Source of the DNA: Bacteroidales bacterium
GTDB lineage: Bacteria; Bacteroidota; Bacteroidia; Bacteroidales; UBA7960
Length of the DNA stretch: 59,680 bases
Direction of reading: 5' to 3'
Assembly (NCBI GenBank): GCA_007131245.1
Contig: SLQX01000021.1
Location: forward strand, 1 to 59,680
Part shown: one piece after another, positions 49,990 to 58,417 of the stretch
How positions within the stretch are numbered: position 1 is the stretch's first letter
Layout of the letters: the number at the start of each line of letters is the position of its first letter
The notes under the pieces: generated by a model
What the model was told of the DNA's origin: nothing
Database searches by the model: none
The model's input: the letters and a program-made list of their open reading frames with translations, nothing else
Position numbers and translations under genes: made by a program

Positions 49990-51159
49990 CTATCCTTTCA
50001 CAACTGCCAATGGTTTGAGTTCTGCCAGGACTTCCACCAGATCCTGCTGGTTTCTCATGACAACATCAATGTTTTTATAAGCTGAAGACGCCTCATCCAA
50101 ATCTCTTTTGGAACGGATAGCATGTATAATCCCCTTTTCATTTAATTTTTTAATCTCATTTTTCAGGTCAAGTGTTTTTTGGGCCTGTTTACGCCCCATC
50201 ACCCGGCCAGCACCATGCGAGCAACTGTTAAAACTATCCGGATTGCCTTTCCCTTTAACAATATAACTATGGGTACCCTGACTACCGGGAATAATTCCTG
50301 TGGTACCCTCACTGGCCAAAGTTGCACCCTTTCGATGCACAATCAGTTTATTATCAAAGTGGGTTTCCCGGGATGCGTAATTATGGGCGATATTGATCAT
50401 TGGAAACATATTTAATGTGCCTTTGAAATGGTGGTGCATAACTTCAATCACACGATCCATCATAAGCTTGCGGTTAGCAAAGGCAAAATCAACACAATAT
50501 TGCATTTCACGCCAGTAAGATTGCCCTTCATCAGAATCAAAAGGGAGCCAAGCCAACTGAGCTGACTTAGGTATGGAGCTTTTCCATTGCTGGTTGAGCT
50601 TAATGGCCAAACGGTTATAATGATCTGCCACCTGCTTACCTATATTCCTGCTACCCGAATGAATCATGATCCAAACATGATTTGCCATGTCCTTTTGAAT
50701 TTCAATAAAATGGTTTCCTCCCCCCAAAGTGCCCACCTGATGGCGGGCTTTTTCATATTCCCGAGCCACAATGGGCATCTGCTCAAGGTTTCTCTCTTGG
50801 GGCATATGACCGTGATCCTGTGGTTGGTTGTGATGCTTAAAACCCAGGGGAACAGCCTGGCGAATATCGTGCATAATTTCTTTAAGCTGTGGAGTAGATA
50901 TCTGGGTTAGCGTGGTTTTAACAGCACACATTCCACAACCTATATCAACACCAACCGCATTGGGTATGATTACATTCTGCAATGCAACTACCCCACCAAT
51001 AGGCATCCCAAAACCCTGGTGACAATCGGGCATAAGTGCCACATGTCCAAAAGCAAAGGGGAGATTGGCAAGGTTTCTGGCCTGGGTCAATGCTCCTTCT
51101 TCGGGATCGGGTAACCACAATTTTATAGGTATCCGTTCTGTGGAGATTTCTCTAATCAT
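49990..51159 (-). CDS. rtcB: RNA ligase RtcB (short, 389-aa form)
   Basis: MPDCHQGFGMPIGGV, GVDIGCGM, HSGSRNIG and SCSHGAGR motifs (metal ligands and the guanylylated-His context). Confidence 0.92.
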   Translation of the reverse strand: MIREISTERIPIKLWLPDPEEGALTQARNLANLPFAFGHVALMPDCHQGFGMPIGGVVALQNVIIPNAVGVDIGCGMCAVKTTLTQISTPQLKEIMHDIRQAVPLGFKHHNQPQDHGHMPQERNLEQMPIVAREYEKARHQVGTLGGGNHFIEIQKDMANHVWIMIHSGSRNIGKQVADHYNRLAIKLNQQWKSSIPKSAQLAWLPFDSDEGQSYWREMQYCVDFAFANRKLMMDRVIEVMHHHFKGTLNMFPMINIAHNYASRETHFDNKLIVHRKGATLASEGTTGIIPGSQGTHSYIVKGKGNPDSFNSCSHGAGRVMGRKQAQKTLDLKNEIKKLNEKGIIHAIRSKRDLDEASSAYKNIDVVMRNQQDLVEVLAELKPLAVVKG

Positions 51160-51239
51160 AAACCAGGAGTTTCTGATATAACTTTCACTTAAAGATTAAT
51201 TAAACCTAAAAGCAAAACACCCCAAACTGCCGGTTGTTT

Positions 51240-51887
51240 TTAAAGTCTGGCCAAAATTTTCTGGTAGTCATTTTCCAGTTTAGCAGCGGATGTTGTATTT
51301 TGAACTACAACACCTTCGCGGGGAGGAACAGTTACAGGAGTAAAATTCCATATTACCTGGATTCCAGTTTGGATGGCTTTTTCGGCCGCTTCAATGGCGT
51401 TCTCGGGAGTAGTTGCAATCATAGCCATTTTCAGGTGCATTTGCTGAACAAAACTATCTAGTTTTTCCATGTTTTGTACCTTGATACCATGCATGGTTTT
51501 ACCCACTTTATCCGGGTCAATATCAAATGCAGCAACAATTTTTAACCCGCTGCCGGCAATAGATTCGTTTTTTAACAACGAAGTGCCCAGGCGACCAATG
51601 CCTATTAATACAGCTTCTTTAAACTCTTTCTCACCCAGCAATAAGTCGATACAATCAATGAGCGCATCCACATTTAAAAAGTCATCACTGGTTTTATCCC
51701 ATTGAGGACAGTTAGAAAAATCCCTCTGAACTATCTCGGGAGCAATTTCAAGGAACTCTGAAATCATAGAAATAGTCAGAGTGTCCTTATTTTTGTACTT
51801 CCACAGGCGAAGTAAAGGCTGGTATAGACGAAACCGGTTAGCGGTTTCAGCTGGTAGCTGGAAGGAATTATCGGAATGCTGTTGCAT
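51240..51887 (-). CDS. rex: Rex-like redox-sensing transcriptional repressor (divergent wing region)
   Basis: 215 aa. LPAETANRFRLYQPLL wHTH start, the LIGIGRLGTSLL Rossmann loop and IWNFTP. The usual F-G-x-x-G-K-x-G-x-GY wing motif is replaced by NCPQWDKTSDDF. Confidence 0.7.
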   Translation of the reverse strand: MQQHSDNSFQLPAETANRFRLYQPLLRLWKYKNKDTLTISMISEFLEIAPEIVQRDFSNCPQWDKTSDDFLNVDALIDCIDLLLGEKEFKEAVLIGIGRLGTSLLKNESIAGSGLKIVAAFDIDPDKVGKTMHGIKVQNMEKLDSFVQQMHLKMAMIATTPENAIEAAEKAIQTGIQVIWNFTPVTVPPREGVVVQNTTSAAKLENDYQKILARL

Positions 51888-52223
51888 AGATTTTTTTTTG
51901 GTAAAAAATCTTCTCTTTACTGATAATGCTTATATATCCGCCAAAAGCGCTTACTAATGAACCAAAACCATCTCTTTCCGGTATCAGGGTTCATATGGGT
52001 TTGCAGGGTAAAACCCTATCTGTATATATTATTTGTAACTTACAACCCCATCAAAAACTTAGCAATTTATTTCTATTAAGAATCTAACCCTCTTTTAATG
52101 GAAACATTTATACCCCCTTCTATTTCGAATATTGGGTCGGGATAAACAAATGCTACTGAGATACTTTCAAAGGTAAAAATATCTGCCCATATTTGGTGAA
52201 CCAAAGCCATTAAATGGCGGGTT

Positions 52224-52266
52224 AAAAAAACCGGTAGTCTTGAAATGGGGATATCAGGACTACCGG
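52224..52266 (-). terminator. Intrinsic terminator inside the tracked 84-aa ORF
   Basis: Minus strand reads CCGGTAGTC-N18-GACTACCGG. The stem is extendable by a G-U pair plus TGA/TCA, and is followed by T7. Confidence 0.8.
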
Positions 52267-52412
52267 AAACCAAAACCAAAAACACACATGAAGAGAAGGG
52301 AATATTTGAAGTACGTTGTTCGAGTAACAACCTGTAACCGGAGAGTGGTGTGATATTTCACTAAGCTTCAAACGACCTTTTCTCTAGTTAAAGAACATTT
52401 TGTCCGGTTACG
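52224..52412 (-). ncRNA. Candidate ~190-nt structured small RNA or leader (no family assigned)
   Basis: It is bounded by a promoter-like element (52424-52438) and the terminator. It contains a 9-bp long-range helix (52403-52411 with 52334-52342) and a GTTGTT/AACAAC hairpin. Internal ORFs are 9 codons or fewer. Confidence 0.4.
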
Positions 52413-52423
52413 CCATATGGTTT

Positions 52424-52438
52424 TCAATTTGTGTGCCA
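52424..52438 (-). promoter_or_regulatory. Sigma-54-like -24/-12 element (TGGCAC-N5-TTGA)
   Basis: Minus strand reads TGGCAC-ACAAA-TTGA. The -24 element and spacing are canonical, but -12 has GA instead of GC. It also overlaps TAGTTTTTG, a one-off TAnnTTTG box. Confidence 0.35.
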
Positions 52439-52511
52439 AAAACTATTATATACTCATTACCAGCACTCTAACAAAACCACTACATTCTTCATTTTTACCC
52501 CAGCAGGAAAG

Positions 52512-52572
52512 CTGTCATAAATAATTACACAATACTGTCATCTTTCATTACACTGTCATTTTTAATGACAGT
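52512..52572. promoter_or_regulatory. Array of four CTGTCAT motifs including a perfect palindrome (candidate activator binding sites)
   Basis: CTGTCAT occurs at 52512, 52535 and 52553, with the inverse ATGACAG at 52565. ACTGTCATT-TTT-AATGACAGT (52552-52572) has perfect 9-bp arms. The array lies ~75-135 bp upstream of the -24 element. Confidence 0.55.
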
Positions 52573-52822
52573 ATTGCAGCCTGTTAATTGAAGAAACTTA
52601 ATATATGCCGGAAACAAGTCAGGAATATTTTTGTTTTTAACGTTCTTTTTGTCTTTCATTTAGTTGAAAAAAGTCAAACAAGAAACTTAAAACCCATTAA
52701 AACGACTCTTAGGTTGTGAAAATCAAAATTTTCCGTACATTTTTTTGCATAAACCCATAACCTTCAGCTACCAACTCCCGTATATTATTATCCAAACAAA
52801 ACAAACACATATCAAACATAGA

Positions 52823-53260
52823 ATGAGAAACTGGGATTCATTTGTAATGGTTTCAGCTGTTATTCTCACGCTTGTCCTGTTTGCCAGCGACAGGGTCGGC
52901 TTTGATAATATGCTGCAAAACCTCAATGCGCGCGAAACCATCATTGTCATTGTGAAAACCTTGGTGGTAATTGCAATGGCAAGTATAAGCATTGCAATGA
53001 TGGTAGTCTTCCTGCTGTTAGATGTGCTGGTTTCTATTGTTACCAGGATGGAGTTTCCCATCAGCCATTTTGTTTATAATACCATTTACCTGGATTTAAT
53101 GCAAAACTGGTTTTGGAACAGCCACAGTGGTAGTCACATCCTCATGGCCTGTATTATTCTCTTTGGAGCAGGGCTAATCAACACCTATCTTGGGCCTGTA
53201 AAAAGAAAGAAAAAATTCATCTATCACAAAACCAAGGAAAGTAATTACATTTCGCACTAA
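52823..53260 (+). CDS. Small multi-pass membrane protein, unknown function
   Basis: 145 aa from ATG 52823, with three hydrophobic helices and a basic C-terminus (KRKKKFIYHKTK). I recognised no family. Confidence 0.5.
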   Translation: MRNWDSFVMVSAVILTLVLFASDRVGFDNMLQNLNARETIIVIVKTLVVIAMASISIAMMVVFLLLDVLVSIVTRMEFPISHFVYNTIYLDLMQNWFWNSHSGSHILMACIILFGAGLINTYLGPVKRKKKFIYHKTKESNYISH

Positions 53261-53273
53261 TCCCTGAGTCGTC

Positions 53274-55244
53274 TCAAATATGCAGGTTGTACTTTTTAAT
53301 CTTCTGGTACAAGGCATTACGGCTAATCCCCAATGCTGAAGCTACTTTGGTCATGTTTCGGTTGTAAACCTGAACAGCCTTACTGATGGCCATTTTTTCC
53401 ATTTCAACCAATGATATCACCTCGTTGTCAGCGTGCTGCTCATGATTATTTGGATGCGAATTTTTTTCATCAGCAGGCTGCAGCATGGCAGAACCCAGTT
53501 GCTCTGAGGACCTGCTGTAAACCTCAGGCTGCATAATCTCCTCCAACCGATCAAGCTTACCATCAAGATTCACATACTTTTCAATAAAATTCTCTAGCTC
53601 CCTGACATTCCCTGGCCAATCGTAATGAACCAGCTTTTTGAAAAGCCGGTTATCCATGTCGGGGAGTTGCTTTCTGAGTTTTACAGACTTAAGGTTGAGA
53701 AAAAAATGGATAAGCATGGGGATATCTTCCCTTCTTTTTCTCAGGGGGGGGATATAAACTGGTATTACGCTCAAACGATAATACAGGTCGGTTCGAAACT
53801 TCCCCCTGTCTACCTCTTCCAGTAAGGCTCGGTTGGTAGCTGCAATAATCCTCACATCAAAAGGGATGGGCTTATCTCCACCTACACGTGTTACCGTTCG
53901 TTCCTGAAGTGCTCTCAACAGTTTTACCTGCATATCAGCGGGCATCTCCCCTATTTCATCCAAAAACAATGTTCCGCCATTTGCCAACTCAAATTTTCCG
54001 GGTTTACCCCCTTTTTTAGCACTGGTAAAGGCCCCTTCACTATAGCCAAACAACTCGCTTTCAATCAAGCTTTCAGGGATGGCGCCGCAGTTAAGGGCAA
54101 CAAAACCTCCATCGCGTCTGGAGCTGTAATTATGAATGGCCTGGGCAATCACCTCTTTTCCCGTACCGCTTTCTCCCTGTATAAGTACTGTACTGGGGCT
54201 ATCAGAAATATTTTGGCAATATTCAACGATTTTTTTCATTTCATCACTTTCCCCTATCAAATCGTCGAAGTTGTAGCGGGCCTCCATACCCGTGTATTTA
54301 TTTATCATTTTGTACACCCGCTTCATATCCCTGAGCGTTACCACCGACCCGCTAATGGTACCGTCACCATCGGTTAGGGGGTATACATTCATGTTTACAC
54401 TTTCTTTTATACCATACCTGCTGATTTGCACCTCTTCATCAATGATGATCTCATTGTTTTTCACTTTTTTAAAGTACCCGGGCCAGGTGACGATAAAATC
54501 CTGCATAAAGCTGTTTTCTATCCGGTCTTTGGGAATCTTAAACATGCTGGATGCCAAATTATTGGCCCTTCTTATGCGCCCCTGGATATCTGTTGCAAGC
54601 ACCACAAACTCAAGGGTATTAAGTATTTGGGATACAAAATGATAGGCCTCTTTTTGGCGCATTTCTGAGAAGGAGCTCCTCAGCTGATACTCGATGGCTT
54701 TGGCTGTAGCAACTACAAGTCCCAGCATATGCGGATAGGCATTTTCCTTTTTCCCTGTGATATTCAAACAACCTATGGTGGCTCCTTTTTCATTGTGAAT
54801 GGGGGCTGCCGAGCAACTCCAATCATGAAAAGCATGAACGAAATGTTCGCGCCCGGTAACCTGCAAAGGAGCATTTTCTTCAAGGGAGATACTGATGGCA
54901 TTGGACCCAATGCTTTCTTCACTCATGAATGCACCTTTGACCAATCCGTAGGGTTCTATCTCTCCCATGATATCCTCATCACCCGAAACTTCAATAATAC
55001 ACCCCTTTTCATCGGTTAAAAGGATAACAAAACCGGTATCGAATACAAGCTCATTGAGGAGACTAACAAAAGGGCCTGCGGTATCCAGTAGCCGTCTGTT
55101 TCTTTCCAGCTCCGCTGACAACTCTCGCCGGGTGAGCACAACAGAGGGTTGCACCCTTTCCCTTTCCACACCATACTCAATGCTTCTCAAATGAGAAGTC
55201 CTGATTTTGTTACGATGATCTGTATTGTTATCCAGGGTAATCAT
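53274..55244 (-). CDS. Sigma-54-dependent transcriptional activator, AcoR type (GAF-like sensor, PAS, AAA+, Fis HTH)
   Basis: 656 aa. The N-terminal AcoR-like GAF region is followed by PAS. AAA+ motifs are GESGTGKE, GAFTSA, FLDEIGE and ESELFGY. The C-terminal HTH is ASALGISRNALYQKIKK. Confidence 0.9.
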   Translation of the reverse strand: MITLDNNTDHRNKIRTSHLRSIEYGVERERVQPSVVLTRRELSAELERNRRLLDTAGPFVSLLNELVFDTGFVILLTDEKGCIIEVSGDEDIMGEIEPYGLVKGAFMSEESIGSNAISISLEENAPLQVTGREHFVHAFHDWSCSAAPIHNEKGATIGCLNITGKKENAYPHMLGLVVATAKAIEYQLRSSFSEMRQKEAYHFVSQILNTLEFVVLATDIQGRIRRANNLASSMFKIPKDRIENSFMQDFIVTWPGYFKKVKNNEIIIDEEVQISRYGIKESVNMNVYPLTDGDGTISGSVVTLRDMKRVYKMINKYTGMEARYNFDDLIGESDEMKKIVEYCQNISDSPSTVLIQGESGTGKEVIAQAIHNYSSRRDGGFVALNCGAIPESLIESELFGYSEGAFTSAKKGGKPGKFELANGGTLFLDEIGEMPADMQVKLLRALQERTVTRVGGDKPIPFDVRIIAATNRALLEEVDRGKFRTDLYYRLSVIPVYIPPLRKRREDIPMLIHFFLNLKSVKLRKQLPDMDNRLFKKLVHYDWPGNVRELENFIEKYVNLDGKLDRLEEIMQPEVYSRSSEQLGSAMLQPADEKNSHPNNHEQHADNEVISLVEMEKMAISKAVQVYNRNMTKVASALGISRNALYQKIKKYNLHI

Positions 55245-55248
55245 CGGG

Positions 55249-56925
55249 TCAGGAGGTTAATTTTCTGTATTTAATCCTTTTGGGGCCGGTATCACCCATC
55301 CTCTTTTTACGGTTTTCTTCATATTCAGAGTAAGAACCTTCAAAAAAGACCACTTCAGAGTTTCCTTCAAAAGCAATGATGTGTGTGGCCACCCGGTCTA
55401 AAAACCATCGATCGTGGGTTATGATAACCGCACAACCTGCAAAGTTTTCCAACCCTTCCTCCAGGGCCCTCAAGGTGTTGACATCAATATCGTTGGTGGG
55501 CTCATCCAAAAGCAGGACATTGGCCTCGCTTTTCAGAGTCATGGCCAGGTGCAGCCGGTTTCTTTCACCGCCTGACAGCACCCCACATTTTTTGCCCTGG
55601 TCAGCTCCGCTGAAGTTAAATCTTGAAACATAAGCCCGGCTGTTGATTTGTCTTCCACTGAGATCAATAAATTCATTCCCTCCGGAAATTACTTCCCAAA
55701 CGGATTTTTCGGGATCAATATCAGCATGAGCCTGATCAACGTAGCCCAGGTTTACCGTCTCCCCAATCCTAAAGTCACCTTTATCGGGTTGTTCATGCCC
55801 CATCATCATCCTGAAGAGCGTGGTTTTTCCGGCCCCATTGGGTCCAATAATACCTACAATCCCGGCGGGTGGTAGTTCAAAAGAAAAGTCTTCAAATAAG
55901 ATATTCTCGCCAAAAGCCTTGGAAATATTTTGTGCCTCTACCACAACCGATCCCAGTCTGGGACCGTTGGGGATAAAGATCTCAAGGCGCTCTTCTTTCT
56001 GCTTCACGTCTTCATTGAGCATCTTGTCGTAAGCACCCAACCTTGCTTTGGACTTTGCCTGTCGTCCTTTGGGGTTCATCCGCACCCAATCCAGTTCTCG
56101 CTCAAGAGTTTTGCGTCGTTTGCTTTCCGTCTTTTCCTCCTGCTGCAGACGTTTGGTTTTTTGCTCAAGCCAACTGCTGTAATTTCCTTTCCATGGAATC
56201 CCCTCTCCGCGATCAAGCTCCAGAATCCATCCTGCCACATTGTCCAAAAAGTAACGGTCATGGGTAATGGAAATCACTGTTCCTTTGTATTGTTTCAGGT
56301 GCACTTCAAGCCACTCCACTGATTCTGCATCCAGGTGGTTGGTAGGCTCATCCAATAGCAAAATATCAGGCTCCTGCAACAACAGGCGGCAAAGCGCTAC
56401 CCGGCGACGTTCTCCCCCACTCAGATGCTCCACCTTCTCCTCAGGGGGTGGACACCGCAGTGCATCCATGGCCCGCTCCAGCTTGCTGTCTAGCTCCCAG
56501 CCACCATATTGTTCAATAAGGTCAGACAATTCACCCTGGCGCTCAATCAATCTGGTCATGTCCTCATCACTCATGGGTTCTGCAAACTTAAGGTTCACTT
56601 CCTCGTATTCTTTTAACACATCAACCAGCTCCTGCACACCCTCTTCAACAATTTCTTTTACCGTTTTGCTGCTATCAAGGTATGGTTCCTGCGGTAAGTG
56701 ACCCACAGAATATCCGGGAGAGAATACAACCTCGCCCTGGTAAGTTTTTTCTTCTCCTGCAATGATACGCATCAGAGTAGATTTACCAGATCCGTTCAAT
56801 CCAATAATTCCTATTTTTGCACCGTAATAAAAAGAAAGGTAAATATTTTTCAGCACCTGTTTGGAAGGTGGAAATACCTTACTCACCCCTACCATGGAAA
56901 AAATAATCTTCTTATCGTCGCTCAT
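55249..56925 (-). CDS. ettA: Energy-dependent translational throttle protein EttA (ABC-F ATPase)
   Basis: 558 aa with two ABC cassettes (GLNGSGKST and GPNGAGKTT, LSGGERRR and LSGGERNR) and an EttA-type N-terminus IIFSMVGVSKVFPP. Confidence 0.93.
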   Translation of the reverse strand: MSDDKKIIFSMVGVSKVFPPSKQVLKNIYLSFYYGAKIGIIGLNGSGKSTLMRIIAGEEKTYQGEVVFSPGYSVGHLPQEPYLDSSKTVKEIVEEGVQELVDVLKEYEEVNLKFAEPMSDEDMTRLIERQGELSDLIEQYGGWELDSKLERAMDALRCPPPEEKVEHLSGGERRRVALCRLLLQEPDILLLDEPTNHLDAESVEWLEVHLKQYKGTVISITHDRYFLDNVAGWILELDRGEGIPWKGNYSSWLEQKTKRLQQEEKTESKRRKTLERELDWVRMNPKGRQAKSKARLGAYDKMLNEDVKQKEERLEIFIPNGPRLGSVVVEAQNISKAFGENILFEDFSFELPPAGIVGIIGPNGAGKTTLFRMMMGHEQPDKGDFRIGETVNLGYVDQAHADIDPEKSVWEVISGGNEFIDLSGRQINSRAYVSRFNFSGADQGKKCGVLSGGERNRLHLAMTLKSEANVLLLDEPTNDIDVNTLRALEEGLENFAGCAVIITHDRWFLDRVATHIIAFEGNSEVVFFEGSYSEYEENRKKRMGDTGPKRIKYRKLTS

Positions 56926-57091
56926 ATCTTTTATTTAATTAACATTCAAAATTCAGGTGCAAAGATACATAAGGTTTGGTAGTTGGAAAGTTTTTGAGAG
57001 AAACTCTATTGCATCAGGCCGGTAACTAAGGTTAAAGCAACACCCATATTACCGGCCCGGGAAAGATATTTCATTAAACCAGGGTTACCGT

Positions 57092-58417
57092 TTACAACAG
57101 TTCCAAAATCCTTCCGGAGATTTGCAAAAGGCTGATTTCTGCCACTTTAGCCTGATACTGAATAGATAACAGCCGTTCTTCTGCTTCAAGAAGGTTTTTC
57201 TGAACTTCCCTCAACTCAAAACCAGTAAGAGCCCCCAGGCGATAGCGTTCAAAAGCAATTTCAAGATTTTCCCGGGCAACCTCAAGGTTTTGGGTTTCCA
57301 GCTCCAACAAACGAAGGTTGTTATTATAAGCATCAAAAAGGGTAAGCAAGTCTCCCTTTGCCTGCTGACGAATCTGTTTAAGATTAAGTTCACTGTTTTC
57401 CAGCTCAATGCGAGCGTTGTTTTTTTCCCGTTGACGATTTCGGCCATCATACAGGTTGATCCCCAGAGAAATGCCATAGTTCATTCCCCAGGTTTGTTGA
57501 TTATTGAGGGTTCCTCTTTGATAGGTATTGTGGGTAAAACCGTAGCCTGAACTAAGCCTCAGATAAGGGAAAGACCTGGACTGGATAATTTGCATATCGT
57601 ACTCCGAAAGCTGCCGGTTTTTTAATGCCGTGGCAATAGCTGTATTTTGGGTCAGTACATGGGTGTGCAGTTCATCATAAAGCATACCTTTATCAATATC
57701 AATAACAGTATCTGCGGGTTCAAAATCCCTGTTAAGATCGCTCAAGGCCATCATTTCGTTGATTCGTACCCGCGATGCATTCAACACCTCGTATTGTCTT
57801 TCCAGGCGCGAACTGTCAGCATTAAGATTTACTTGTGCCTGCAAAAGCTGTACCCGCGAGCCAGACCCCAATAAGAAATGCTCCCGTTCAATGCGCACCC
57901 TCTCTTTGGATAAATCCACAGAGTATTGCAGATTATCAAGCTGACGTTGCTGCTGAATATAAAAATAATACTCAGATGCCAGGTTGGCGATAAGGTTTTC
58001 AATGGATATACGGGTGTTAAGCTCACTCATTTTCATTAGCTCTTGAAGCTGTTTGTAACGAACCTGTGCCCTGAATCCTTCAAAAAGGCTCCAGGAGAGG
58101 TTTACACCTGCGTTGCCTGTGGTATTGTGAATGTTTCTCGGATTAACTTCGGAGCCATCAGTAAGCTCCTGGTTGAGGTTATTGATATTTCCTGAAAAGC
58201 CAGATGAGAGGTTTACTAAAGGTAACATCCCCGCATTACCACGAGAATAGTTATTGGTGGTTATTTTCTCCTGGTTTTGGGTAATGCGTAAAGAATAGTT
58301 TTGTTCAACTGCAATATCAATACATTCCTGTAGAGAAAGTGTTTGCTGACTTTGAAGCGTGGTAAAAGAAACCGTTACAACCAAAAAACTACTAAGCAGC
58401 AACTTCAATTTGTTCAT
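57092..58417 (-). CDS. TolC-family outer-membrane efflux protein
   Basis: The signal peptide MNKLKLLLSSFLVVTVSFTTLQSQQ is followed by LSLQECIDIAVEQN and two repeated helical/beta halves. The start overlaps the end of the RND gene. Confidence 0.85.
   Translation of the reverse strand: MNKLKLLLSSFLVVTVSFTTLQSQQTLSLQECIDIAVEQNYSLRITQNQEKITTNNYSRGNAGMLPLVNLSSGFSGNINNLNQELTDGSEVNPRNIHNTTGNAGVNLSWSLFEGFRAQVRYKQLQELMKMSELNTRISIENLIANLASEYYFYIQQQRQLDNLQYSVDLSKERVRIEREHFLLGSGSRVQLLQAQVNLNADSSRLERQYEVLNASRVRINEMMALSDLNRDFEPADTVIDIDKGMLYDELHTHVLTQNTAIATALKNRQLSEYDMQIIQSRSFPYLRLSSGYGFTHNTYQRGTLNNQQTWGMNYGISLGINLYDGRNRQREKNNARIELENSELNLKQIRQQAKGDLLTLFDAYNNNLRLLELETQNLEVARENLEIAFERYRLGALTGFELREVQKNLLEAEERLLSIQYQAKVAEISLLQISGRILELL

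Noticed and set aside
52076-52330. Tracked 84-aa minus-strand ORF between rex and the activator block
   Set aside because: It starts with TTG and has no recognisable family. An intrinsic terminator (9-bp stem plus T7, 52224-52266) lies inside it. The region reads better as structured RNA.
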